The notes: a model not told the origin generated them from the letters alone. DNA of 64,000 nt from Podarcis filfolensis (GCA_964270895.1 OZ185436.1), one strand, 5' to 3'. Counted from the stretch's first letter, positions 26,808-39,336 are shown. Numbers and translations: made by a program.

Positions 26808-29267
26808 GTAATCCACGCCTCTTCTCTGACTTGTAGGTGGTCTTCTAGGAAATGGGTGTACGTCACCAGACTGTTTTCCATTTCATCTGCCTTCCCGTGT
26901 TCATAAAGGTTTCCAAAGAATTGACTTTCCAAGAAAGCTGTGAGGCTTCCAAGAAATTGGCTTTCAGAATGGCCACCTTTGTGCTGAGAAAGGAAAGGCC
27001 TTCCTAGATATCTTAATTAAGTCTTTGGGTTGTATGCACTGAATGACAAAGGATAAAGTAGAGCAGTGGCTCCCCGCTGCCCCCATTGATTGTTGTTGTA
27101 TAACTAGATGCTAGTGTCTGCAGAAGGGACAACCCATTTCAGGCTCACTCGAGTCTGCAGTGCCTGCAGTGTCACCATTTCTTGGCATGTCAAGGACTCT
27201 GCTCTTTGATAAAGTCCACTAAAATAATTCCTGAAAAGTGAACACTGATTAGACTAAACCCCCTTTTTTATAGGACAAACTGAAGTTGCTTCCTAGGAAT
27301 CACTGAATCTGAATTCCTTAAGGGCACTTCCATTGATTTCCATGGAACGTCCTTCAAGACAATGAAATTGGGATCAGTGTCCAAATTCACCATTTTCAAA
27401 TCACTGTCCGCCAGCCCTATGCCCAGGGGGAAAGTTCAGTATCGGCTAAGAAGTTTATTGCCCCCAGTGCTATCATCAGCACCTTCCTCCGAGGCCTTGT
27501 TGGATATCTCCACATGCTGTTATTCCTCCTTTGAATGCTGTGCAAGTTTCCAGCCTCAGGGCTGGAGGCTAATAAGATTACTGAGCAAGGAAACAGATAA
27601 TGATTTGTGTTTACTTTTCCTCCAGTAATCTGTTACTGCTTCAATTATGTTAATGTAATCCTATTATACATGTCCTCTTACTAGCTCATGAAATTGATTG
27701 GGAAATTGAGAAATGCTCTGTGTGTTCGCACCCACCCACAAAAATGAGGAGAGAGACCAAGAGTATCAAATGAGGCATAGCCCGGTTGACCTTTTTCACT
27801 TCCCCTCTTGGAAAGTTATATTTGGATGGAAGTTTTGAGTCCTGTGCAACCAGTGGGAGTAAATGCTAAGTTCCATCATGCAGGGTGTATCTGACGTGGC
27901 GCTTTCTAGTCCCCTAGTGGTACACTTGTTCCACGGGTAAAATGTTTTCCAACTGCAGAATGTTGTTGTGGAAGAGAAGGCAGAGAAGGTATTAGCAGGT
28001 TGCTTGTAACTTTGTTGCACAGGTTGAACAATCCGCTGCATAACAAATTTTCATTAGCTCAGCTGTTGCACAGGATTTAACTGTTGTGCAACATTAAAAC
28101 TCACCTGCAGCTTAGTACAAAAAGAGCTCTTGTGCTAGCGGACAGAGAATGTCCGGGTACAGCTCGGCATCTTTATCCAGTGGCAATATGTGTGTCTACA
28201 TCCTGTTTTTCTTTGACAAAGTAGAAACAGTTTTATGCACAGTACTGCCCCTTCCTTTTGTGAGGTGTTTTCTTTTTCAGTAAGAAAACAGGCAGTCGTA
28301 ACTGAGAGATAGTCGGTGTTAAATGCTTGGCAAAGGAGAGCAGGGATCTATAACCAGTTCTTTTATTAACTTGCAGAGAATGGCTCTGAAGATGTTACTT
28401 CAGTACTGTACCATAGTCTTCCCATCTATAAAATGGATGTGAGGAGACCGATCTGCTCTTTGACATCTATGGGACAATATGCTATGTGAGAACAGATATG
28501 TGTAGTAATAGTAGTAGAAATAGTGGTAGCTGTGGTAGATTTTATTATCAGGTGCTAAAATTGAATTGCTTTTTTAAAACAAACAAACCATGCCACCTAT
28601 ATAGATCTGTCTCTAAATGTCCAGTATTTTTTAATTTCACAATATATCAAGTTTGGGAGCACCATGTAGCATTCTGGGGCTTGGGCACAGTTCTGAACAA
28701 TAGGAAAGCAGGTTATTCTCGGGCAGGGCAGGGGGCTTCTATCGCTGATGTGTCTAGTAGAGTCTAGCTGCAACTGCAGCTTCTATGGGGAGATGAGATA
28801 TGGGGAGTTCCCCTCAAGACGCAATGGGAATTCCTCATCAGTGACTGCTAGAAACTTGTCAGTTGTCCTGGTCTCATCAGAGCGTGGAGGATGCTTGTTT
28901 ATCAGAGGACGAAATCCCATTAACACTGCAAGAAAGGATACTGAATTTCTATAAGGTGGTTATAATAAACCCCTGCTGCCATCATTGAGAAACTTGCAGA
29001 GTAGTTAAAAATCCCTGAGCCACTATCCAGTGACTTGTTTTCTGCAAACAGTTAGCTATATCTATTAATACCACCTCCGAACTATATTCATCATACCCCT
29101 GGAGCCATGCCAAAGAGCCATCCCTCTTGGAGCCCCAGCCAGCTCCATTTTCCACTAGATGCCTTTAAGAGGAAGGAGACTAGGGTTGGGGGAAGGGATG
29201 GGTCTGATTCTGAACCCAGTGATGTTTCTTGCTTCCCCGTTTTCTTTTTGTCTTTTGTGTATTTCAG

Positions 29268-29310
29268 GGTGCAATCCTCACTACAATGCTAGCAACCCGG
29301 AATTTTTCTG
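29268..29310 (+). CDS. CAMK2A: CAMK2A exon 12 (43 nt) GAILTTMLATRNFS; Thr305/Thr306
   Basis: Calmodulin-binding segment; tgtatttcag acceptor, gtaggt donor. Confidence 0.97.
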
Positions 29311-29476
29311 GTAGGTAACCCAACTCTCTCCAGGACAGTATTGACTTGCTGCCTCTTCATATGTTGGATGCTAGTCATATGTGCTTAATATGACTGGCCA
29401 GTGTGGCAGGCTCCCTAAGCCCTGGCTCTCGTTGGAAAAGACTGGGCACAGGGCATTTTCATGCATGGCTCTAAAG

Positions 29477-29620
29477 CAGGAGTGGGGAACCTCCGATCCT
29501 GAAGATGTTCTTGGACAGGACTCCAGTTTCCATCAGCCCCCAAGCAGCATGGCCAATGGTCAGGGATGATGGGAGTTGTGGTCCAACAGCAACTGCATCG
29601 TCAGAGGTTCCCCACCCCTG
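29477..29620. mobile_element. hAT-type MITE
   Basis: TIR caggagtggggaacct / aggttccccacccctg; interior resembles the 1876-2011 element. Confidence 0.75.
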
Positions 29621-31305
29621 CTATGATACCATTTTGGAATTCTTCTGCCATTTCTACCTGCGGCTAAACGTTAATGCAGGAAAGAAAGAAAAATGGAGAA
29701 GCATTTTAAATTTACATTCTGACCCTTGTTGGTTTGGCATTAATGAAGGTCAATTTGTATGTCCCAGACTTGCTCAATGCATAAATCCATTTGCTGGATT
29801 TTACTCAGTAGACAAGGCTGCCTATTGGTTGTCTTGAAATTCTAGCATTTCTGCAGCTTCCCTGCAGGTTGCTACTTTCAGCACTGTACAAGCAGATGCA
29901 ATTTGGAAAGCAAGATACTGGGACTGCAGTGGAATCCTATAAGGTTGTTTTGACTTATGCTTAAAAATCCAGGGTTGTTGACTTTTGATTTACTGATGAA
30001 GATCACATGCTTTGGAGATAGCTTGCATTTTAATATGATGTTTGGGTCTTCCTGGTTGCGGTGCAGTCAGGGGAATAGGGCATTGCAAAGTCTTGATGTG
30101 GTTGAACTGATACTGTACTCTCATTTTTCATACTGACACACTGCTAATACTCAGGGGGTTTATTACTAGGTAAATCACAGGCAGCCAACCTGCAGCTTGT
30201 CAGTCACATGTGCCCTCACTGCTTGTGCCAGCCATACCAACTGGCATGCAGCACTTGACCACTTACCCACATCACCACATGAGTCCCTGGGGGCAGTAGG
30301 CAGGGTTTCTCATCCCTGGTATAAACCAGCACAACTTAAAGTCCCCCCTCCCCAATACACCAAAACCTTTTGGATGTTTGGGTTGGTCTGTTTGCACCAT
30401 GTTCCTATTCTATAACATTCCCCAGATTTCACCATCCTATTGGTGTTACATTTTAGGAAAAGAAGCTTGACAAAACTTGATAAATGCACCAGCAGCCTGC
30501 CTCTTAAGTTTGGGCTCCAGCCCTGTTATCGGTTATGCTTGGGAAAGTGGCACAGAATAACTATCTGTGTGTTCCTTTGCATTGCTTCTCAGAAGTAAAC
30601 TGAGTTCAATGGTGCTTACTCACTTAGAAGAAAGCATGCATAGATTTGCAGCATAGATCAAGTGCCTTGGTAAATTAATTTAGTTTGCTAGTGGCGGGGA
30701 GTACTGATGTATAAACGATCATTTTAAAATTCCCTAAATATTCACGACATGCATTGTCGCTGTCTGCTATGTCAGGAACTTCGTCCAAGATTTGTTTCTG
30801 CGCACAGCCTCCTTTCATTTCACTGGGCATCTAGCTCAGCAAGGCTTTCCTTGTCGTGGCAGCCTGGAAAGAAAGCACTCGATGTCTTGTAGACCTATTC
30901 CTGGAGTGTGACTCAAACGTTTGGTGTCCAGACATAGCTCACATATTACTTATTTCAGGAACTTGTGGCCCTCAGATGTTGCTGGACCTCCGACCACTGG
31001 CCATGTTGGCTGCAGCTGATGAAACCTGGGGTCCAACAAGATCTGGAAAATCACAGGCTTCCCACCCCAGACCTATTTCCAAAGGTCTCCAGGCAGCACA
31101 GTTTGAATGTGGAAAGAATGTATGCTAGAGATGCTACAGAGCTGACAAGGATTTACTATATGGCTTAATAAGATTCATGCATTCTTCCACTCCATGGGTG
31201 GGAGGTATTGAGGTGTGTTTACTACTTAAAAGTGAGCACTTCGTAATTTTGAAAGAGAAAGAAAACTACTTCTTATGCATTGGACCCCCCACTCTACAGT
31301 TCAGC

Positions 31306-31311
<6 letters not shown>

Positions 31312-31350
<39 letters not shown>
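31312..31350. repeat. (AC)n microsatellite
   Basis: Directly visible. Confidence 0.95.
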
Positions 31351-31352
<2 letters not shown>

Positions 31353-33279
31353 CTCCACTAAGCTTCCCCTCTTTCCTTCCCTCCCCTGGTTCCACGCTGT
31401 GATAACTACTCAAAGTGAAAAGCTCACAGTTTGGAGGTAATTATACACAACCAGGACTACAATTGATCACAGTTAGGTGCACTTAAGCTGCAATCCTATA
31501 CACAGATATCTGGGGAGGTGGGGAGTAAGTCCTATTGAGACACGTATGGTTGTGCAGTACTGCACAACTTACTTCTTCCAAGAGGCTTAAGTGTTCCCGA
31601 CTCTGTGCTGGATTGTCGCTTAGTTGTCTACGGCAGAAAGCTGATGTCAGTCCTTAACTCAGGCACTGGCTTGTGGCTTTTCTCACGTCACATTCATAAA
31701 TAGTTATTAATCGTTTACCCAAAGATCACAAAGAAGTGACAAAGCACAACTAATCATTCCTAAAATGCTTTGTGACACATTGCTGGAAAGGCTGTCGTCA
31801 GTGGATCAGTGCAGCTGCCAATCCTCTTCCCTTCACACAACAGAAGATTCGCAGCATCACCTTGATTTGGCAGGATTTTACATTTGCTTTAAATTATGGA
31901 TGACCCAAAAAAAGGCGGGGGCAAGATTTAATCTTGTACTCTGGAGAGGGAGCTATTGTGTGGACGTGCAGCTCCACCTGAAATATACCGTATGGGAAGA
32001 GGGGGGATATTAGGCGAGAAGGATTACAAAATTGTGATTGCCTCTTTGGAAGACAGGAACTAGATAGGTTGAAGGTTCCTTCCCAGCACACAGGAATTGC
32101 TTACAAGTGTCCTCAAAAGGCCAGTGTTCAGGAAAAGCCTCTTCTAAGCTGTTCTTTTAAATTTTAATTTGAGGTAGGCAGAATTTGAAGAGGCTTTTCC
32201 AAGAAGCACTTTATGAGGACCTTCCAAGGATGACTTCCATCTTCTGAGATTTTTATTGAAACATGGCAAAAAACCAGCTCCTTGGAAAATACAGGGGGAC
32301 ACTTGTTTGCGATTACATTTAATATGTGGCCAAATTATTAGAAGTAGTGTGGCATGTGGCCCCAGAAACTTGTTCAAAAGGGAAATGTGGCCCTCCAGCT
32401 AAAAAAAGGTTCCTCATTCCTGCTTCATGTAGGAAATAATGTGCCATCTGTATGTACACAATCACAGCTGATAATAATCAAATATTTGGTGTTCCAGCAT
32501 GGAGTACATGCAGTGTGAAACCACAGTTGGTTGTGACTTCCTACAGCGTGCACATGTAGTGTAGTACACCTGTGCAATATACACATGTGACACACTATGC
32601 ATGGGGCTGCATATTATAAGCTGGAACACTTAGCCACAATGAGCACTTGGACGAAGCGGAAAGGGCTGGGTAGAATTTAAATAAATATATGCTAAACTGT
32701 AGGGAAAGATAACATAAGATGCTTAGCTAATGCAGGCTGGTTGCTTATTGAATGGAGTAAACAAGGTCAAATGGGGACATAATTAAATCACTGAAGAAAA
32801 ATCTAGGAAATTAGGGTTGATTGTCTACCATGACACTCTTAGGAAGTTTGTATTTAAAAAATGGAAAAATGTGGAGGTGCAGGAGAGTTAATCAGCTGAG
32901 ACTGCTCTAAAAGTGATAAGGGTTCACCACTGAAATTCAAATCAGGGAATTCAAATCTTGATCCTTTATTTAGTTTTCTGTCTTCCATGTTCAGATGTGT
33001 GTTCCCCCCGCCCAAAACCAGAGTAGTGATTGCTACTGACGGTAGGGTTATCCGGGTCATCTTTTGCTCAGAAGCTGCAGTCAGGCCAAGCGTGCTTATG
33101 CCATGCTTCATATCTGTGTGTTTTATGCATTCAGAATCTATTTGAAGGCAACAGAGGGAAGAGGGAGGGATTATGAGTGGGCTGCAGTCCCAGGAGACGA
33201 GGCTGGCTCTGGGATAGTCATGGGGGAGGGAGGCATGGGGGAAGATGTCTGCTTTTCATCATTGTCAAAATGTGGGCTG

Positions 33280-33340
33280 CAGCTGTCAGGATGTCATAAT
33301 TGTAGCACATGACCCCACCAGCATGGGGGTCTAAAATTAG
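33280..33340 (+). promoter_or_regulatory. E-box CAGCTG (33280-33285) and MEF2 site CTAAAATTAG (33331-33340), candidate alpha-KAP muscle promoter
   Basis: Exact match to CTA(A/T)4TAG about 480 nt upstream of the alpha-KAP ATG; further CAGCTG at 32465, 32893, 33668. Confidence 0.55.
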
Positions 33341-33816
33341 CGAAAGAGGCAGAGTGTGAGAAAGGCAGGCAGGCAGGCAATTGCACGCTGATCTTATCAT
33401 AGTTGAGCCATTAGCGTTCATATCTGAGACCGCGAAACAGGGCAGGCAAGCCCAGGAGGTGAGGGTGATGGCACAGGGCAGGACTGAATCCCTGTAAGCC
33501 ATGTTGAAGGATCCTTGAGCCCTCTCAGGAAGGAAACAAGTGTCAGAGAATGCTCTGTCAGCTCCCTTCTCTCTCCGTCGCTGGCCATTCTGCTGGTTCC
33601 TTCAAAGATTTGGGAGTCCGAGAGTACAAGTGGCTGTGGCTTTTCACGGGGAAGGATCCCAGTAATCCAGCTGGTGAGCTTCATAGTTTTCTGAAAGAGA
33701 CTTCCTCCAGAACTCTGGATCATTGCAAAGCAAGTTCGCTACCAGCAGAGGAGGCGGTGGCATTGAATCTGTGATCTTCGGTTCCTGCATTCTGCTGCTC
33801 TCACACAACTCCCCCC

Positions 33817-33930
33817 ATGTTGCTGGTTCTCAGTGTGCTGACCCTGATACCGTGCCTGTTCCTCTTGACGTGGTACTTTTTCTCCACAGGAGGGAAAAGT
33901 GGTGGCAACAAGAAGAACGATGGCGTCAAG
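33817..33930 (+). CDS. CAMK2A: alpha-KAP alternative N-terminus MLLVLSVLTLIPCLFLLTWYFFST joined to exon 13
   Basis: ATG at 33817 opens 24 hydrophobic codons in frame with exon 13. It resembles the mammalian alpha-KAP anchor (MLLFL.LWALVPCLVLLTLYFLSST, from memory). Confidence 0.9.
33890..33930 (+). CDS. CAMK2A: CAMK2A exon 13 (41 nt) GGKSGGNKKNDGVK
   Basis: Alpha-specific linker; tttttctccacag acceptor, gtaagt donor. Confidence 0.97.
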
Positions 33931-35003
33931 GTAAGTCCTGGGCTCATAAAGCCACCAGCTTGCCTGTACTCAAGAAGGCAGGAATGTTTGGGCTGGTGGA
34001 CTGTGTGGTCATGGGTCCCTGCGTGGCCCAGGCCCTTTGCGTTAAGGCCTTGCATTAGTGGATCTCTTGCATCATCCTCTTCTCATCATGAAATACATTT
34101 CCACACTCTGAAAGCAAAAAAGGAAAAACAAATACCTTTACCTAAGCAAAGTTTGCTGCTTAGAGTAATGGATGCCTTGACTCATGTTCAATTTGCTTGG
34201 CTAACTCATATCCTCATAATCTCTTCCCATTCCTGCTTTCTTTTCATCAAGAGGAGAGAAAAAGCTTGTGCCTTTCTCCTACTGTCTTACTGTTACTATG
34301 CTACGGCCATTTCAGGGAAACAGAGCCAATCCAAATGTTTGGAGGCCATGGTGAAACAGCCCCACAAGAGGACAGTAACTCACAAGTCCAACTGATTCAG
34401 AAATCTGGAGGTTGATGCTCCTACGGTCCTTGTGTGGGAGTGAATTATCCCACAGTGTGCCTCAGAAATCAGGCAGGCCTTCTTCCTGGCATGTTATCTT
34501 TCTGTGTGAAGGAATATCTTGACAAGGAAGCACTTCCAAACAAACAAATCAACACCTCAGTGAATTTGGAGGTGTTATGGATCTGCCAAGAGAGCTTTAC
34601 CACATCCCCCTGCCCAACAATTTGAATTGGCTCTAGGGCATTTCTTAATACTGTAAAGGGGGCTGTGACAGGTAAGACAAAGACACTTAATATGGAAGAG
34701 AGGGAGATGGGATTGGGAGTGGGAGCAAGGATGACTCTTTCTTTGATTGGCTCCTGTGGACATCAGTTTAGACTGAGCCTCTGAGCAGTGGCGAGGGGCC
34801 CAGCTGCCACCTTTTCTTTTCAGATAGGTCGTTGCTGTTTTATTTGAGTCTGAGTCTCCCACTGTGGCCTGATGAACTATCTTCTGATCAACTGAAAACC
34901 TGGGAGGAATGAGAAAATATAGATGTTTCTGTCATCAACCCAAAAGGAGGGGAGAAAGGGTTTAAAACTGAAAACAGAACTAGGGATACAAGAAATCCTC
35001 CCC

Positions 35004-35004
<1 letters not shown>

Positions 35005-35040
<36 letters not shown>
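35005..35040. repeat. (AC)n microsatellite
   Basis: Directly visible. Confidence 0.95.
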
Positions 35041-35042
<2 letters not shown>

Positions 35043-35964
35043 GCCTCCTCCAGGTTTTTGATTCTACATTGGTCCCTTTAGGTTTGCAGCACTCATGTCA
35101 TGCCTTGAAACCTGGTTCATTGATTTGGCAGAGATGCAGATTAATGGATGAACAGGTTTGCTCATTCTAGTGACATCACCCATTCCAGCTCTGAAATATT
35201 TGTGAAGTTTGAATGCTAGTGTTTGAAAGAATGGCTTTGTGCTGATGTTATAATGATTTTCTTTTCTGGAAACCAAACTGGAGTATTCTGGACAGGTGCC
35301 TGGCATCTCTTTCCACGGTGCCAAAATGAGACTTGGTGGCTATCTGAGGATGTGGCAAAGGTTTCTTCAAAGAATGAAGAAGATTCTGACAACAATGTTT
35401 CTTGGCCAAGAGATACACTTACGCTTGCCCATCTGCCTATTTCCTATGCTAACAGCCACTCCTGGCACTGTCATCTCACCCCCATTTCTTTGCAGAAATA
35501 CCCCAGATGGACAGACCTCAATTCCAGCAGTGGAATCCCACTTGGCTTAATTGTCAAATTGGCTTGGCTGCAGATTCTCCTTCCCCCTCACCTTGTTTAG
35601 TTTTCATATCCCCCTCTGTAGAAGGAGATGGCTGTTGGCACCACAAATTGTGGAGTCTAGTTCACGATCTCATGGTTAGCTTGCCTTTCTAATGAAACTC
35701 TCTGGTTTAACCAGTTCATGCTAACAGAAAGAACCTACCTACTGTGTTTGAAGTAACATGTTAATGGCAACACCCCCCCCCATTGCAGAAAGGATATTAC
35801 CCCCTACTTTGGCTATACCTTTTAGTGAAAAAGTAGATATTTATGTGCCACCTCTGCAAACATGCTATCCATGGAGAGTAGAAAGGACGACAGACCCCTT
35901 TCACCAATAGTTTATTGAGAGAAGAGGCTTTGCCCCTCTTGTAACCAGTGGATACTCAACAAGT

Positions 35965-36140
35965 TCACTGCCCTGTGTCACATCCTGTTACATTGTTAAT
36001 TAATGCAATCACTGCCCCATGTCACATCCTGTTACATCCTAAATTAATAAAGTCACTGCCCTGTGTTGCATCCTTTTATTGTATGTACGTCCTACTTTAA
36101 TAAGGTCACCACTTTTGTGTTGCGTCATGTTGCGTCAATT
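35965..36140. repeat. Degenerate minisatellite, about 44-nt unit, 3-4 copies
   Basis: tcactgccc ... gtcacatcct recurs at about 35965, 36009, 36053 and, degraded, 36106. Confidence 0.8.
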
Positions 36141-38192
36141 GCTTCTACAGTTACCGTCCAGTAAGGTTTCCTAGACAGTTCTTGGTTCTTGGGATGTTCT
36201 CAGTGGAGCCACCATGCATCTGAGCCTAGCTACCTCCATCATATATAGCTTAAGGACCAAATCTAAGAGTTGTAGTAGAGTCTGTTCTCTTGTCTTTTTG
36301 TTGGCTTTGGAGAAGAAGCTGTAGAGGGCTAGCTGAGGATTTCACATGATGAAATAAAGCAGTCAGAACCGCCAAGTGCCAATGGGCTCTTTCTACTGTA
36401 GCTCATAGAATGCATTTCATCTCACCAGATATATGCAGTTTTGATACCTTTTAAAATAAATAATAGTGAAAAAGGTTAGGATGGAGGCTTCTACACTATG
36501 CCTATGGTGAGCCTGTTTAGATGCTACATTTTCTGGATTTCATCTAGATCCATTTTCCAAGTTTCATCTACAGGACAGAAAGAAGTAGTGTGAAGAAGGC
36601 AAGAAGAAGCCAAGAATGGATTTGTGGGGTAGGAAATAGAGAACTTATTCAAGACTCTTTTGAGTGATAATTAGGAATCTGACATGATGTGCCTCTCTTT
36701 TGATGTACATTAAAGCACTGTGTTGAGAGAAGCTCATCAAGAATCAAAAGACAAAAGTCTTAAATATTGAATTATTTGCAGGATTTCTGCTGTGAGCTGT
36801 TCAGTACTACTTTGAGGTGTTGAAGGAGCTTCTTAGGTCATGTCTGCAATGCAAATAAACTCACTTCCACCATTTGGCATTGTGTTGATTTACCACCTTT
36901 GGTACAATGCTGGGATTATATGAATCAGACTTTCCACTCCTAAAAACTGCAGTCGTAGTCCATGTAAACATTGCAGTTCACCTGTGGTTTCAGTCATTCT
37001 CTCAAGGTTTTCTCACACTTTTAAAAGAAATCCCCGGTGAAAGCTATGTGATAGCACTTTCCTGCACACTGCTCTGTTTCTTCTCACCCAGATACTTGTT
37101 GCTGAACTTGCACAAATCTAGAAAAAGGGGGTCACTTGGCTCAAAGTTTGAACATCATCTACTTCATTTGTATTTTTCATGCCCTAGCAAGCCTCTCCTA
37201 GCTCTGATATAGGCATTCACATCCCACCCAAACAACCCCCACTCTGATTTGGTGCAATGTACAGCATTATAACTGGGCTGCTCCAAACAAACACTGATAT
37301 TATCTCATAACCATTGCAAATGGCAAGATGCTTGCATCTTAGTGTGGATAGTGAAGACTTTTAAGTGCCCAAATTATCATGCCAAAACGATGTGCAGACG
37401 TGACCTTAGAAGAGTGATCACTGAAGACAGGATGAGAAGCAACAAATTTCGATCACAGTGAGAATGCAGATTTAGATTAGTGAATAACAAGACTGTTCAG
37501 CACTAGTGTAACTGTCTATGAAGGCTTTTAGAGATGCTATAGATGTAAAATGCCCATCCTTATTTGGTGCAGTGGAGGATCATTTGGATTTCTTCTGGCT
37601 TTATTCTTTTAGGATTCAAAGTGAACAATTCCAGTCTTTAATGTCTCCAGCTTCTTGCTGCCACAAGTAGAATGATGCAAAGTCACAGTGGCAAGGAGGG
37701 TTGGAAAAGTATAGCATTTCATTTATGGAGGGCTGTATTCAGATATTGTTGTGTCCACAAGTTAAGTTGGTGTGGCAGTTTTAGCTTGATGACTAGTATT
37801 TATGGATCTCAAAACATGATTCCTCTTTAGCTTGGAAATCTTTTGTTGGATTGGATTAGAAAATGGCAGGAGAGATGTTAAGGTGGAGCCCTGCCCTGGG
37901 TCAGGATATTAAGGTTCATAGGGATGCAGACATCTGTGGGTCCAAACATAGAATAGTGGGCAAGGCTGATGGATTTGTTAATTGTGCTGGAAAGTTAGAT
38001 TGGCATGGTTTGCACTGTGAGAGTTTTGACTTCTCTTTGGCATTAAGCATCAGGTTTATTCACAAACTCTTCACCTTTCTAGTAGGATCGCAAAAAGGTG
38101 TCCTAGGACCCACTGCGTCCCATGTTCTGCTCTCTTCCTTCTTTCTCACTCTGTGTCTCTTCTTGTCCTATCTCTTCTCCTTGTTTTTCCAG

Positions 38193-38225
38193 AAAAGAAA
38201 GTCCAGTTCCAGCGTTCAGTTAATG
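38193..38225 (+). CDS. CAMK2A: CAMK2A cassette exon 14 (33 nt) KRKSSSSVQLM, alpha-B nuclear localisation insert
   Basis: Long polypyrimidine tract ending ttgtttttccag, gtgagt donor, matches the known alpha-B insert. Confidence 0.95.
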
Positions 38226-39287
38226 GTGAGTGTCCTTTGTCTTCCTCAATGCTGATAATGTTGGGCCTCTCAACATCTTCCAGCCCTCCCTGTTTTGGGG
38301 AATCACTCTGAGGTGTGGAGAGCAGGGCTGAAAGTAATTCCTTCAGAGCAGCATCCTCCCCTATGGGGATCCTTCTAAACAGGAACGGCTGGAACAGAAG
38401 GATAGTTGAAGCCCAAGAGCACTGAGAACCTAATTCCATTTTCTAGCGAAAGGTTCTCCATGGAACTTCTCCTCTAGCAGATCTGCAAGCTGCACCAGTC
38501 CAAGCAGCCATGAAGGAAAGGCCATCTTATATGGCTTTTGCTGGAACTGTTCGGTCACAGGAGACCAAATGGCTGGCACGGCCTTGGTCAATCTGCTGTT
38601 TAATATTGTTTGCAATATGTCTCTGGTGGGATGAACTGGTGGTTGCAGCCCAGCTACCAGAGTTGTCTTGATGAGAAGCAAATGGTTCCCTTTCTCTGTG
38701 TTAATCTGTGTACCAGTTGGCTGTTTATGGAAAGAGGTGTGTGTCAGCCTTTGGCGGTCCATGTGGTTCTTGGCAGCCCTCTCTGTTTGAGTGTACATTT
38801 CTTTCTTTACTATGCGGTCAATGTGGTCTCTTTCACTCCTGCACAATCTCCCTCACTCTCTCATCCGAGCTCCCTCTCTTTGTTAATTTGTACATTCCTC
38901 TCCCAACTGTAGTCAACATGGTGTCTTTCACTCCTACACAGCCCTTCTTGCCCCCTGCTAGCTGTAGCTGTAGGAGATGTCAAGCCTCTCACTCCTGATA
39001 GTAGTGCAGTGGAATACTAGTGAATTCACTCCTGCAAGATTCTTCACAATCGGACCTCCGGCTCAGTTGTGGTTTCAAAGTCAAGACAAGTATTACAGTC
39101 ACAAAGCAAAATCTGTGGTTACTGACAAGTGCTTTTATCTGATGCTTACCTGGTTTTCGTCCCTTTGCAGTGTTTGGTCCTGTTGAGGTAGAACCTGGGT
39201 GATGGGTTACCGGTCAGGATTTTTCTGGGGGGGGAAGCCATTTGGGTGCATCTTATTCTGCTTCTGTCCTCTCCGTTCTTTCTCCAG

Positions 39288-39336
39288 GAATCTTCAGAGA
39301 GCACAAACACCACCATTGAGGATGAAGACACCAAAG
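39288..39336 (+). CDS. CAMK2A: CAMK2A exon 15 (49 nt) ESSESTNTTIEDEDTK
   Basis: ttctttctccag acceptor, gtatag donor. Confidence 0.97.

Noticed and set aside
35496-35600. Acceptor-like ccccatttctttgcag followed by an open frame KYPRWTDLNSSSG
   Set aside because: No convincing donor before the in-frame stop and no similarity to CaMKII linker exons.
39171-39287. Strong-looking acceptor tggttttcgtccctttgcag 117 nt upstream of exon 15
   Set aside because: The extension is a multiple of three but has TAG at codon 7, and nearby donors are weak or frameshifting; at most a cryptic NMD event.
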